From an uncultured archaeon (GTDB lineage Archaea; Thermoplasmatota; Thermoplasmata; Thermoplasmatales; Thermoplasmataceae), in the NCBI GenBank assembly GCA_000965745.1, contig CP009479.1, forward strand, positions 416,001 through 480,000: DNA of 64,000 nucleotides, given 5' to 3'. Numbering within the stretch: the stretch's first letter is position 1; the number at the start of each line of letters is the position of its first letter. The notes beneath the pieces are model-generated. The model searched no databases, was not told the origin of the DNA, and saw nothing but the letters and a program-made list of their open reading frames with translations. Below are positions 8,004-19,400 of this stretch, piece by piece. The position numbers and the translations under genes were made by a program.

Positions 8004-9260
8004 ATGCAAGATATGCTGATTGAGAACGCTTCACAGATTCTAACTATGGAGGGGGCCGGATGGGAGCCCCTGAGAGGGGAGAGGCAGAACAAGCTCAGAA
8101 TCAAGGAGGGGCAGTCCATCCTGATACGCGGAAACAGGATTATAGAGCTGCTGACAGCCACAAAGAAGGAGAAGTACCTTAGAAACAATGAGCCAAAGAC
8201 AATCGACGCCAGGGGAAATGTGGTAATGCCCGGAATAATTGATTCCCACACACATCTTGTTTACGGGGGAACAAGAGAAGACGAGTTCTTCATGAAGATA
8301 AAGGGGAAGAGCTACCTTGAGATTCTCAACTCTGGAAACGGCATCTATGCAACGGTAAATTCAACCAGGAAGATGAGTGAGGACCAGATATTTTCCGAAT
8401 CTCTTAAGAGAATCTATGACAGCATATTCTACGGCACCACCACGGTTGAGATAAAAACCGGTTATGGCCTTAATCTTGCCACGGAGCTGAAGATGCTTTC
8501 GGTGATCGAGAGGATCTCGTCTCTCGGGATAATCAATGTTGTACCCACATTCCTTGGAATGCATGCAATTCCGAAGGGAGAGACAGAAGGAAAGTACACG
8601 TCCGAGGTGCTTGACAAGATTGCGCCTAAATTTGCCGGGAAAGTGAAGTTTGTGGACGTTTTCTGTGACAAGGGAGCTTTTACTCCGGAGTCTACCAGGG
8701 AAATGGCCCTCTGGGGAGTCAGGAACAACATCAGGCTGAAGCTTCATGCGGATGAGCTTGAAGATGTCGGGTGCCTTGACCTCTGTGACGAATTCGAGTT
8801 CGCTTCAGTGGACCATCTCCTGAAAACCAACAGGCGCGGGATCGAAAAGATCAGCAAGTCAGGCTCGGTTGCAACATTTCTTCCCATCACAGCACACTCC
8901 ATAGGGAACGACAAATATCCGGACATAAAGAAATTCATAGACAGCGGCATACCGGTTGCAATAGGTTCCGACGCATCACCGGTCTCCTACAATTCAAACG
9001 TTTTCTTTGCCCTGTACCTTGCAGTGAGGTTCTGCCACATAACACTTGAGGAGGCGCTCAATGCAGTGACGATCAATGCGGCATTTGCAGCGGGCGTCGA
9101 GGATGACAGGGGGTCTATCGAGCCGGGGAAGATGGCTGACATATTGATCCTCAATGTTGACAACTACAGGAAGATTCCGTATGAGTTCGGCGCAAGGCTT
9201 GTAGATACAGTAATAACCAATGGAGAAATCGTGATGCGAAACGGAGTCTTCCAGCTCTGA
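8004..9260 (+). CDS. hutI: imidazolonepropionase
   Basis: DSHTH, EIKTGYG, DVFCD, LHADE and GSIEPGKMAD motifs. Confidence 0.88.
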   Translation: MQDMLIENASQILTMEGAGWEPLRGERQNKLRIKEGQSILIRGNRIIELLTATKKEKYLRNNEPKTIDARGNVVMPGIIDSHTHLVYGGTREDEFFMKIKGKSYLEILNSGNGIYATVNSTRKMSEDQIFSESLKRIYDSIFYGTTTVEIKTGYGLNLATELKMLSVIERISSLGIINVVPTFLGMHAIPKGETEGKYTSEVLDKIAPKFAGKVKFVDVFCDKGAFTPESTREMALWGVRNNIRLKLHADELEDVGCLDLCDEFEFASVDHLLKTNRRGIEKISKSGSVATFLPITAHSIGNDKYPDIKKFIDSGIPVAIGSDASPVSYNSNVFFALYLAVRFCHITLEEALNAVTINAAFAAGVEDDRGSIEPGKMADILILNVDNYRKIPYEFGARLVDTVITNGEIVMRNGVFQL

Positions 9261-9270
9261 AACGGATACC

Positions 9271-10272
9271 ATGATAAACGTAGCTGCAACTGTCGGGAAA
9301 CTCAGGAAGATGAATGCAAAGAAGATACTTCTCCAGGTACCGGATGGTCTGAAGCCCAATGTTTTTGACTATTTTTCGCGTCTTTCCTCCGAGTTCAATG
9401 TCATCGTGAGCTCGGAAGGATTCTACGGGGCATGCGACACAGGCAACATGGAGGTCTACAAGGATGTTGACTGCATAGTACAGCTCGGCCACTCTGAAAT
9501 TCCAAACATAAACTACCCAAAGCCCGTAATCTTTGAGGAATACAGGAATGAGAAAACGGTGGAAATTGATCCCTCTGTGCTCGAGCCTCTTGTATCTGGC
9601 GGTTCAAGAAGAGTAGGGCTTGTAGCGTCCATACAGTACATGAATGAAATGCAGGATGTCAGGAGGCTGCTTGAAGACCAGGGAATAGAGGTCAGGGTGG
9701 GTGAAAGCGACGGGCGAATGAGATACGCGGGACAGGTTCTTGGCTGCAATTTCAGTTCAGCCCACTCAGTTGAGGCGGATGTTGATTCGTTCCTGGTCGT
9801 CAGCACGGGAATGTTCCACGCCATAGGCGTTCAGCTTTCAACATCGAAGGATGTTTTCCTGCTGGATCTCAATGACAGGACCATGAGGAACATAAAGGGT
9901 GAAACAGACAAGTTTCTGAGGAAAAGGTACGGAGCGCTCTACAGGGCAAGAGATGCAAGGAAATTCTGTGTGGTAGTCGACACAAAAGTCGGCCAGCACA
10001 GGAGGAAGCTGGCAGATGTTCTCATGAATGATGTCAGGAAGGTCGGAGGGGAACCTGTCCTTCTGACAACGAATGAGGTGAACCCCATGGACTATGAGAA
10101 CATGCGCTGCGATGCAGTTATTTTCACGGGTTGCCCCAGAGTCCCGATTGACGATCATGAGAAGTTCACAATGCCGGTCATGACTCCTCCTGAATTCCAG
10201 ACAATTTTCGGCCTTAAGAACCCCGGCAGGTACATAATGGACGAGATTGTGGCAGTTGACGACCTCAACTGA
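9271..10272 (+). CDS. dph2: diphthamide biosynthesis protein Dph2
   Basis: LQVPDGLK and the three Fe-S cysteines in YGACD, QVLGC and GCPR. Confidence 0.92.
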   Translation: MINVAATVGKLRKMNAKKILLQVPDGLKPNVFDYFSRLSSEFNVIVSSEGFYGACDTGNMEVYKDVDCIVQLGHSEIPNINYPKPVIFEEYRNEKTVEIDPSVLEPLVSGGSRRVGLVASIQYMNEMQDVRRLLEDQGIEVRVGESDGRMRYAGQVLGCNFSSAHSVEADVDSFLVVSTGMFHAIGVQLSTSKDVFLLDLNDRTMRNIKGETDKFLRKRYGALYRARDARKFCVVVDTKVGQHRRKLADVLMNDVRKVGGEPVLLTTNEVNPMDYENMRCDAVIFTGCPRVPIDDHEKFTMPVMTPPEFQTIFGLKNPGRYIMDEIVAVDDLN

Positions 10273-10274
10273 TC

Positions 10275-11480
10275 CTATATCTTCTTTCCAACCAGGTAAA
10301 TCCTGTCTGAATCGACTATTTCACACTCGACTTTTGAATAAACTGGAAAATCACCCGGAATAACTACGGGCCTGTAAGCAAGGTCCCTTCCAACAACTGT
10401 TCCATTCTTGCCTTTCTCGTTTACCAGCACCGTTTTGACCTTTCCTGTTTCTTTTGAAAATTTGTCCCTCGTAATCTCCTCGTGAATCCTGGCGTATTCC
10501 TTTGTCCATCTCTTTGTGTCGTTTGAAGGTGGAGTCTTCACGTTGTAGTCCGGCGTGTACGGCCTTGGGGAAAATCTTGTTATGTTGATTATTTCAGGGC
10601 GCGTTTTCTCAATAAGGCTCACAGTTTTTTCGAAGGATTCCTCATCGTCGCCGTGATAGCCTGCAATAATGTCCGTTGAAAGCATGGAATCGGGGTACGC
10701 ATTCCTGAATGCAGAAACTATCTCCTCAAAATCCTCTCTTGAGTACTCCCTGTTCATTGACTCCAGTACCCTGTTGTCTCCGCTCTGCACAGGCAAGTGC
10801 ATGAACTTGAACACCTTCCCGCTGCTGTATGACTCCATAAGCCTGTCCTTTACCGAGAGTGTGTTCCTGGGTTCCATCATGCCAACTCTAAGCATGAAGT
10901 CTCCTTCCGACGAGGATATGGCTTCCACAAGGTCGGGGAGCGATGTGCCAATATCTTTACCGTATGCCGCTGTGTCCAGTGAGGATATCCTCACTTCCCT
11001 GATCCCCCTCTCAAGCTGCATCCTGATCTGGCTTACAATCTTCCCAATGGGGCGCGATACCAGTTTCCCCCTGGCCACATGCGATATGCAGTAGTTGCAG
11101 CTTCCGGTGCATCCCTGATTTATGGGGATCCCGTCAAATATTGACGGTTCCTTAATCTCTATGTCATCCAGCTGACCGGTGTAGAAGCTTCTGAAATCCT
11201 TTGGGGCGAGAACTTCAATGTTTTCGTCTTCAAGGACTTTGCCGGTCACAGACGAGATGCAGCCTATCACCCTGACCCTGGATTCCCGGGAGAGCTCCCC
11301 TATTCTTTTCGTCATGCGGTCTTCTGTTGACTTGATGACCACGCAGGTACCTATGACACTGATGTCAGCCTCTTCCGGTCTCCTGACAAGTGTATTGCCT
11401 TCGCTCAGAAGTTTGTTAACGTAAAGCCCTGATTCGGACTTGTTAAGAGTGCATCCATAAGATTCAAAGTATACTTTCAA
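10275..11480 (-). CDS. mtaB: tRNA methylthiotransferase, MiaB-like (archaeal MtaB/CDKAL1 type)
   Basis: YGCTLN, TCVV and IGC UPF0004 cysteines, CTGSCNYC radical SAM motif, TRAM domain. TTG start follows GGTGG. Confidence 0.85.
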   Translation of the reverse strand: MKVYFESYGCTLNKSESGLYVNKLLSEGNTLVRRPEEADISVIGTCVVIKSTEDRMTKRIGELSRESRVRVIGCISSVTGKVLEDENIEVLAPKDFRSFYTGQLDDIEIKEPSIFDGIPINQGCTGSCNYCISHVARGKLVSRPIGKIVSQIRMQLERGIREVRISSLDTAAYGKDIGTSLPDLVEAISSSEGDFMLRVGMMEPRNTLSVKDRLMESYSSGKVFKFMHLPVQSGDNRVLESMNREYSREDFEEIVSAFRNAYPDSMLSTDIIAGYHGDDEESFEKTVSLIEKTRPEIINITRFSPRPYTPDYNVKTPPSNDTKRWTKEYARIHEEITRDKFSKETGKVKTVLVNEKGKNGTVVGRDLAYRPVVIPGDFPVYSKVECEIVDSDRIYLVGKKI

Positions 11481-11634
11481 CAGACCACCGATTGGTTGCC
11501 TCCACATTCAGGTATGATATTTTTCATTTTTGTTATTGATGCCCTCGATTTCTGACAAATTGTTGCGTTTTATGTAAATCGTGCTGTTGAGGGTCGTTGC
11601 TCAAATATTAAATATCGAACAAAAATTGCATAAT

Positions 11635-12168
11635 ATGGAAGAGAAAGAGGTGGGTGAACAATTCCTCGAAGGATACAGTTGTGATGTTGCAATAAGATGG
11701 TCAAGGCTTGACTCATCACTTCTTCCTGTGGACGAGCTGGACAAGAAGATCATCTGCTTTCTTAGATACAACGCAAGGATGACAAATGCAGAAATCGCAA
11801 AGCTCCTGAAGACTAGCGAGGCTACTGTCAGGAGGAGAATTTCTGAACTGATAAAGAAGAAGATAATCATAGGCTTCTCTGCGCTCGTTGATCTTCAGGC
11901 TGTGGAGAACAGCATCAAAGTTTACATGAAAATAGATGTCGAGCCCACTGAAATTGAGAATGTGGCGGGCGTTCTCGATGACAACATGAATATTCTCAGC
12001 CTTTACCGGAGAGGCGGAGAAAGCCAGATTCTCGGAGAGGCACTCTTCCTGAATATGGAATCCCTGCAGGACTTCGAGGACAGCACGCCTAAAATACCGG
12101 GAGTGATACGTGTTGAAACAATGATTGTTTCGAAGGCCTACAGGAAAAATCCCTGGGTGGGGATATAG
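11635..12168 (+). CDS. Lrp/AsnC family transcriptional regulator
   Basis: LDKKIICFLRYNARMTNAEIAKLLKTSEATVRRRI HTH followed by a RAM domain. Confidence 0.85.
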   Translation: MEEKEVGEQFLEGYSCDVAIRWSRLDSSLLPVDELDKKIICFLRYNARMTNAEIAKLLKTSEATVRRRISELIKKKIIIGFSALVDLQAVENSIKVYMKIDVEPTEIENVAGVLDDNMNILSLYRRGGESQILGEALFLNMESLQDFEDSTPKIPGVIRVETMIVSKAYRKNPWVGI

Positions 12169-12188
12169 AAATGGTTTTTGGTTTGGGA

Positions 12189-13556
12189 TTACTTGTTTCC
12201 ACTCATGACCTTGATGAAATCCTCCTCGGAAATCTTCCCGGTCGCCAGGGCGAGGTCTTTCAGGGACTTCCCAGTGTGGAGCGCTTCCTGGACTATTTTT
12301 GCAACTGTATCGTATCCAAGGTAAGGGTTGAGTAAAACTGCCGATCCAAAGCTCCTTGAGAGCATCTCAGTCATTCTTTTTGTGTCCGCTTCAAGGCCGT
12401 CAACCAGTTTTGTCCGGAACATCTCCAGGCCGTTTGCGAGAATGTCCAGCGATCTGTTAAGCTCATAATCAATGTGCGGCATCATCACGTTGAGCTCAAA
12501 CTGGCCAGCCTGTGCCGAGAAATTAAGCGCCTGCTGAGATCCAAGGACTGAATGGCATATCATGTTCATAGCCTCTGCGATTGAGGGGTTGATCTTCCCC
12601 GGCATTATTGATGACCCCTGCTGAACAGCGGGTATGATAATCTCATGAAGGCCGGCACCAGGACCTGAATACATGAGCCTTACATCGTTGCTGATCTTGT
12701 TCACATCTATCGCTATGTTTGCAGCAGCGTTCATCATTCTGGAGAAATCACTCATGAACTCCATTATTCCCGGGAGGTTCTCAGAAGCAATCATTTCCTC
12801 GCCCGTAAGCCTGCTCAGTTCCTTCACGACGTTCTCCTGGTATCCTGGAGCGGTATTCACGCCGGTCCCAGTTGCAGTCCCGCCTATGTTGAGCTCCCTC
12901 ATATAGTCAAAGGACTGTTTCAATTCCATTAGGTCTTTCCTGAGAGTGTATGCCCAGGCGGAAAGCTCGATTCCAAGTGTAAGGGGTGGCCCATCCTGAA
13001 GATGTGTCCTTCCCGGCTTCTTGACGTTCTTGAACTGGTCCGCCTTCTTCTCGAGCGATTTGACAATCTTGTCGAGCTGCTCCATTAGCCTTCTTGCCTT
13101 GATTAGTGCAGTCAGCCTTATCATGGTTGGGAAAGTATCGTTCGTGGACTGGCTCATGTTAACCTGATCGTTTGGATGAAGGAATGAGTAATCTCCCTTC
13201 TTCTTGCCGGCGAGCTCCAGTGCTATGTTGGCGATTACCTCGTTCGCATTCATGTGAAAAGATGTTCCCGCACCTGCCTGGAAGACGTCAATAACAAACT
13301 GGTCATGGTATTCGCCATCTATGATTTTCTGGCAGGCCTCCACAATCAAATCCTTCTTGTCGTCGGGAAGCTTTCCCCCCTTGTTGTTTGCAACAGCGGC
13401 CGCCAGCTTGATTCTTGCGTATGAGACAATGTGGTCTGAATCTGCAGTCAGGCCCGTTATTCTGAAATTGTTCCTGGCCCTGTACGTATTAACGCCGTAA
13501 TAACAATCGTCCTCAATTGTCACTTCACCAAGCACATCCTTTTCAGTTCTGCTCAT
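12189..13556 (-). CDS. class II fumarase / aspartate ammonia-lyase family enzyme
   Basis: GSSIMPGKINP signature, GRTHLQD and QSTNDTFPT. Confidence 0.9.
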   Translation of the reverse strand: MSRTEKDVLGEVTIEDDCYYGVNTYRARNNFRITGLTADSDHIVSYARIKLAAAVANNKGGKLPDDKKDLIVEACQKIIDGEYHDQFVIDVFQAGAGTSFHMNANEVIANIALELAGKKKGDYSFLHPNDQVNMSQSTNDTFPTMIRLTALIKARRLMEQLDKIVKSLEKKADQFKNVKKPGRTHLQDGPPLTLGIELSAWAYTLRKDLMELKQSFDYMRELNIGGTATGTGVNTAPGYQENVVKELSRLTGEEMIASENLPGIMEFMSDFSRMMNAAANIAIDVNKISNDVRLMYSGPGAGLHEIIIPAVQQGSSIMPGKINPSIAEAMNMICHSVLGSQQALNFSAQAGQFELNVMMPHIDYELNRSLDILANGLEMFRTKLVDGLEADTKRMTEMLSRSFGSAVLLNPYLGYDTVAKIVQEALHTGKSLKDLALATGKISEEDFIKVMSGNK

Positions 13557-13712
13557 GATAAGATAATAGCTGCGGGATATAAATCGGTTGTCAAAAGATC
13601 AGATGGTGGTTAATATAAACAGACATCATCGCAATTCTCCCTCTGTAACTCGTGCTTTAGCTACTCCGCAAACATATTAATATCTTAGTCTGATATAGTT
13701 GCGGGTACGATC

Positions 13713-15449
13713 ATGGCTAGAGAAGAAGCGATTTTTAGAATTGGAGGAGCCGCTGGTGACGGTGTCCAGTCTGCCGGGCAGATCATGGGCAAAACACTCT
13801 CAAGAAGTGGCCTCCATGTTGTGACTTATCTTTATTATCAGGATATAATAAGAGGCGGTCAGAGCTGGTACCAGATTAGAGGCTCTGCCAACGAGATTAA
13901 ATCCCAGGGCGACGGGCTTGATATCCTTATTGCCCTGAACAAGGATGCCTTGACGAGGCATACCAATCCTAAGATTAATGAAGGTGGAGCTTCACCATTG
14001 CAGGGAGTTGCAATTTTTGACAAGGGAATTTCGGGCTATGAGGCAGTGGATGGTGTAACATACTGTGCCATGCCTCTTGCCGAGATTGCTGCAAAGTACG
14101 GTTCAAACAAACTCATGAAGAATACTGTTGCCCTTGGGGCTGCGGCTGCTGCCAGCGGGCTTTCCTTTGATGTTATGTCCGATGTCATAGCAGACACCTT
14201 CGAGGGGAAAGGGGACGTAATAAAGCAGAACCAGGATGCAGCAAAGGAAGGGTACGACTATTTCAGCCAGCATTTCAAGAAGCTCGAGATCACTCTCAAG
14301 ACGAGCAACAGGAAAAGAATGCTCATGGGTGGTGGAGACGCAGTAGGCCTGGGGGCGGTAATGGGCGGGTTGAAATTCTACGCCGGATACCCGATGACTC
14401 CAGCCTCATCTGCACTTCATTTCCTGGCATCACACGCCAGTAAATACGGAGTTTTTGTAAAACTGCCGGAAGATGAGATAGCTGCTATAAACATGGCAAT
14501 AGGCGGGAACTATGCCGGCCTGAGGTCAATGACCGGGTCCTCCGGCGGAGGTTTCTCACTTATGGTTGAGGCACTGGGAATGGCAGGCATGATGGAGGTT
14601 CCACTCGTGATTTACGAATCACAGAGGTCGGGGCCTTCGACTGGATTGCCCACCAAGACGGAGCAGGGGGATCTTAATCTGGTTCTTGGAGCCTCGCAGG
14701 GAGATTTCCCAAGAATCGTCCTTTCGCCGCGGAATGTGGAGGAAATGTTCTACATGACTGCAGAGGCACTCAATCTGGCGGAAAAATACCAGACCCCTGT
14801 CATACTCATGTCAGATCTTTACCTTTCGGAGAATTATGCAACAGTGAATGACCTTGACCTCAAATTCAAGATTGACCACGGAGAGAGGGCAAAGGACAAC
14901 ACCGAGGATTTCAAGAGATATCTTGACACGCCTACCGGAATATCCCCCAGGGCGATTCCTGGCCAGGCTGGCCTTGTGCACAACGAGGATTCGGATGAGC
15001 ACAACGAGTATGGTGATGTTGTAAGCGATGCTGTCACAGACCCGAGAGACAGGATCAGGGCAATGAACAAGAGAATGAGGAAGATGGAGACCTACATCAA
15101 GAGCATGACTCCGACTCCGACATACAAACTTGATGGCGCAGAATATGCGATAGTTCAATGGGGATCTACACAGGGCGTTGTGGAAGAGGTCGTAGACGCA
15201 CTCAAGGAGAAGGGGCACAAGGTTGGTGCAATAGAAATCAACAGGCCGTTTCCCATGAATCCTGACATTGGAAAACTCCTTGAAGGAAGGAAGAAGGTCA
15301 TAGTTGTTGAGGGAAATTACACAGGGCAGTTCAACAGGCTGCTCAAGTCAGAGTTTCTCGTTAAGACGGAACTCATCACCAAGTACGATGGGGAGAACTT
15401 CTACCCCAGCGCCCTTGCGGGTGAGATAGAGTCGGTAATTAAGAGGTGA
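13713..15449 (+). CDS. korA: 2-oxoacid:ferredoxin oxidoreductase alpha subunit
   Basis: IGGAAGDG, YPMTP, EDEIAA and RSGPSTGLPT motifs. Confidence 0.92.
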   Translation: MAREEAIFRIGGAAGDGVQSAGQIMGKTLSRSGLHVVTYLYYQDIIRGGQSWYQIRGSANEIKSQGDGLDILIALNKDALTRHTNPKINEGGASPLQGVAIFDKGISGYEAVDGVTYCAMPLAEIAAKYGSNKLMKNTVALGAAAAASGLSFDVMSDVIADTFEGKGDVIKQNQDAAKEGYDYFSQHFKKLEITLKTSNRKRMLMGGGDAVGLGAVMGGLKFYAGYPMTPASSALHFLASHASKYGVFVKLPEDEIAAINMAIGGNYAGLRSMTGSSGGGFSLMVEALGMAGMMEVPLVIYESQRSGPSTGLPTKTEQGDLNLVLGASQGDFPRIVLSPRNVEEMFYMTAEALNLAEKYQTPVILMSDLYLSENYATVNDLDLKFKIDHGERAKDNTEDFKRYLDTPTGISPRAIPGQAGLVHNEDSDEHNEYGDVVSDAVTDPRDRIRAMNKRMRKMETYIKSMTPTPTYKLDGAEYAIVQWGSTQGVVEEVVDALKEKGHKVGAIEINRPFPMNPDIGKLLEGRKKVIVVEGNYTGQFNRLLKSEFLVKTELITKYDGENFYPSALAGEIESVIKR

Positions 15450-15454
15450 ATAAA

Positions 15455-16303
15455 ATGGTAGAATTGAAGGATTACAAAGGTCATGTTGCACCGGACTGGT
15501 GCCCCGCGTGTGGAAATTTCGCACAACTTACCGCAATGGAAAAATCATTGACAGAGCTCGGCATAGAGCCGAAGGATGTTGTTGTAGTATCCGGAATCGG
15601 GTGTTCCAGCAATCTCCCGGAGTTCATTCATGCCTATGGTTTCCACGGAATCCATGGAAGGCTGCTTCCGGTTGCATCTGCAATAAAATGGGGAAACCCG
15701 AAGCTTACAGTCATTGGCTATGGGGGGGATGGAGATGGTTTCAACGAGGGAACACAGCATCTTTACCACGCCGCAAGAAGAAACGTCGACATGACATACA
15801 TTGTTTCAGACAACCAGATTTTCGGCCTCACCACAGGCCAGGCATCCCCTACTTCACCGACTGGGCTGAAGACAAAAACAACACCAGACGGCAGCGTGGA
15901 AAAGCCCGTGAACCCGATGACATATGCGCTTTCAGCAGGAGCAACGTTTGTTGCCAGAGCGTTTTCCGGAGACCCGAAACACCTCCAGGAAGTAATCACG
16001 GAAGGAATCAAGCACAAGGGATTCTCGTTCATTGACGTTTTCAGCCCGTGTGTTACATTCAACAAGCTGAACACCTACGACTATTTCAGGAAGAGAGTGT
16101 ACAAACTGACTGACAACGACAGGAAAGATTTCCAGCAGGCCTACAAGTTTGCAGAAGAATGGAACGAGAAAATACCAATTGGAATTCTCTACCAGGTCGA
16201 TGAGGAGAGGTATGACCAGGTTGATCCGGTTGTCTCACAGGGGCCGTTGATAGATCGCGAGCCGTACAGGCTCACTCAGGAAGACCTAAAAGAATTCCTC
16301 TAA
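15455..16303 (+). CDS. korB: 2-oxoacid:ferredoxin oxidoreductase beta subunit
   Basis: WCPACG, SGIGCS, GGDGD TPP motif and SPCVTFN. ATG lies 5 nt after GGTGA. Confidence 0.92.
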   Translation: MVELKDYKGHVAPDWCPACGNFAQLTAMEKSLTELGIEPKDVVVVSGIGCSSNLPEFIHAYGFHGIHGRLLPVASAIKWGNPKLTVIGYGGDGDGFNEGTQHLYHAARRNVDMTYIVSDNQIFGLTTGQASPTSPTGLKTKTTPDGSVEKPVNPMTYALSAGATFVARAFSGDPKHLQEVITEGIKHKGFSFIDVFSPCVTFNKLNTYDYFRKRVYKLTDNDRKDFQQAYKFAEEWNEKIPIGILYQVDEERYDQVDPVVSQGPLIDREPYRLTQEDLKEFL

Positions 16304-16326
16304 TTATATTTTTTATATTATTTAAT
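16304..16326 (+). terminator. T-rich archaeal-type terminator after korB
   Basis: TTATATTTTTTATATTATTT directly after the stop codon. Confidence 0.45.
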
Positions 16327-16440
16327 CTCCCCTTCAGGGGTTTTAGCTGTTTTCCGCATACATCGAAATATACATCATGACCTAAACATTTAAATACATA
16401 GATTCTGATAGACGATAACTTCTACACGGAGGAATAAAAA

Positions 16441-19400
16441 GTGGAGAATAACGAAGATAAAGGAAAAGCTCCGGAAGAGCCGAAAGTTACTGCTCCGCCA
16501 TCACCCCCGAGGAAACCGTCAACCTCGGGAAAATGGATAGCAGTGATCATAGCTCTTTTGGTAGTGATTGGAGTGCTTGGCGGGCTTCTAGCAACGCACT
16601 ATGCACCAGCGGCCCCAAGCGGGCCTTCTGCAACACTATCAAGCAAAGTCGGAGCGATAAATCAGAATGGTACATACTCTACGAATATCACTGCCACAGG
16701 CAGTTTTAAGAACATGACAGTGTACTATGGAGATGGACACAGCCAGCTATTGAACTACAGTGGTAGTAACACGGTGAAAGTAGTGCATCATTACGCACAG
16801 CCGGGAGAATTTTACATTTTCGCTGACATCAATTACGGATCATCAACTGGATACTTTTTTGAGCCTGTAAAGGTCAGTCCTAACTATCCGTCAATTAACT
16901 ATGCGTACAGAGCACTGGCGGTAGATCCAGCTACATCCTCGACACAGCAGATTAACAACATATCAAACATATTCTCACCTGGTGGGCATATGAGACTTGA
17001 CTTCCTGCCTTCAGTTGGAGGAGGAACTTACAGTATCATATCACAGACTCTCACGCTTTACAACCAGTCAGGCATGGTTTCCCAGGAAAGCATACCTTAT
17101 GCATACAACATAAACAGCCATGGATATGCGCTTCCAGTGCCTGGAGTAACGTACGCAGACCTCCAGAGCGGAATGTACACCCTTCAGGTTCAGACCACAA
17201 CTGCACCAGTAAACACAACACAGTCAGTAACAACAACTGTGACAAACACCCAGAGCACGCCTTACGGAATACCGCTTACAGGCAGCCCAGGTATGACATA
17301 TCCGTTCTCAACAGGATCATCTGTTGCAGCAACTGGATCACAGAACGTTACATACAGCGTCCCTGTGACTAACCTGGCATACACGATGGGTGACCAGGCA
17401 ACCTTCGCGGGAGCCGCAAAGCTCAATGTGTCAAACACTGCCAACGTGACTGTTGTTTCAGGCAGCGGAACATTCGCAAACGCAACCCAGTTCCACCCAC
17501 TGAACACAAGCAGCAGTACCCAGGCTTACAGTCTAGTCCCAGCAGGATATGTGATAACACTCACATCAGGAACCACACTGATGTTCAACAACAATGTAAC
17601 CGCAATGACCGTTAACACCCAGACGACGATGAACTTTACCGGAAACTACACTCTCGGCTTCGTGAATGCAGTCGTTGCAACACTCAGTAACAACGCTGCT
17701 TCAAGTGTGTCAACAGGAGTTACCTACGAAGCTGGAACTGCATTCTCTAACCTGAATAATGCTGCCTTTGCAGTGCCTTCAACTAACGTGAGCTTCTCGA
17801 AGAGTGCTGCTGTAACATTTGGTGCTCCAACTGGAGTAACGATGAACACAGCAGCTAACATTAGCACGAGCGGAACAGTGTACAACAAAACTGGCGTAGC
17901 TGTTGCACCAACGCATGGGTATGTGTTGCTTAACGCATCAGAGACATATCTGCTGCCAACAAGTGCAATAACCTTCAACTCTGCAATGACCGGCCTTATG
18001 CTTCTTAACACTTCATCTAGTCTAACATTCGGTGCCGGAAACTATAACTTCACCCTGATGAACAAGACTATGGTGTCTGTTACAGGTTCAGGTTCAGTAG
18101 TGCTTTGGACTCACCTTGCTTATACGCAGATGCTCAAAGGAACCGGAACGGTTGGGCTTAACAACGGCCAGTATGACCAGTCTAAGACGATTACTTCAAC
18201 ATACTACGAGGACTTCCCGGTTGCCCAGAAAGTAACACAGCAGACTGTCGCAGGCACAGCTTTCACGAACGCAGAACCTAATGCACCTGGAGGATACACG
18301 ACACTCGATCCGTCAATCGCATACTACACTGCAGACTCTGAGATACTCAACAATGCTCTGCTGCAGCTTGATACCTACAACGGATCTGCAACAGACGCCT
18401 TTGTGCCACTCGCAGCTTCATACCTTCCGACTCTGACTAACGGTGGAATCAATACAAACTCCGCTAACTACACACAGAAAACACCATGGGGAACAACATA
18501 CGCAGTCAACCTGACACCGGGAATGAACTACACCTTCCACATAAACCACGCCATAACCTTCCAGAATGGAGCACCGCTCACTGCTTGGGATGTTATGTAT
18601 ACGTTTACGAGGACACTGCTCTTTGACGCAGCCAGTCCGGGAACTGGTGGATGGGTTATAGCGCAGTACCTCCTGCCGGGAGACTACTTCGCATCTAACA
18701 CATTCTACAACATAACACACAACATAACTGTGAACAACCAGACGAACACTATAACGTTCCACTTCCAGCAGTCAATGCCAGCTTCACTTGTGTTCCAGAT
18801 ATTCGCTTCATCTGGCACATGGATTGAGCCGGCAGCATGGTTCCAGGACCACGGAGCTGGAATAAAATGGACTCCTAAAGGATTCCAGGACTACAAGGCA
18901 CAGGGAAATATAGCGGGTTACAACAGTTACGTGCAGAATCATGTGATGGCCGATGGACCTTATATGATATCTTATATCGTTCCGGGTTCACAGGTTACCA
19001 TGGTGAAGAATACAAACTTCGTGCAGCCTAACAATACATACTACAGAAAGCCGACGATAGACAGAATCAACCTGCTTTATCTGTCCAGCAACCAGCAGGC
19101 GTTCCTGCTTCTGAAGTCTGGACAAGCAACATCAGCAGCTCTGCCTACTACGTACTTCAATCAGACAACACAGATGATCAACCAGGGACTGCTGCAGAGA
19201 CACGGATTCCCGACACTGGGTCTGTACTTCTATACGTTCACCATGAACACAAACCTGCAGATTCTGAAGACAGTCAGCTCACAGGCAAACCTGCCGTCCA
19301 ACTTCTTCATGAACCCGAATGTTAGGAAAGCGTTCGCATACGCTTACAACTACAGTCTGTATTACAACCAGCAGGTAGGAAACCAGATATACAACACGAC

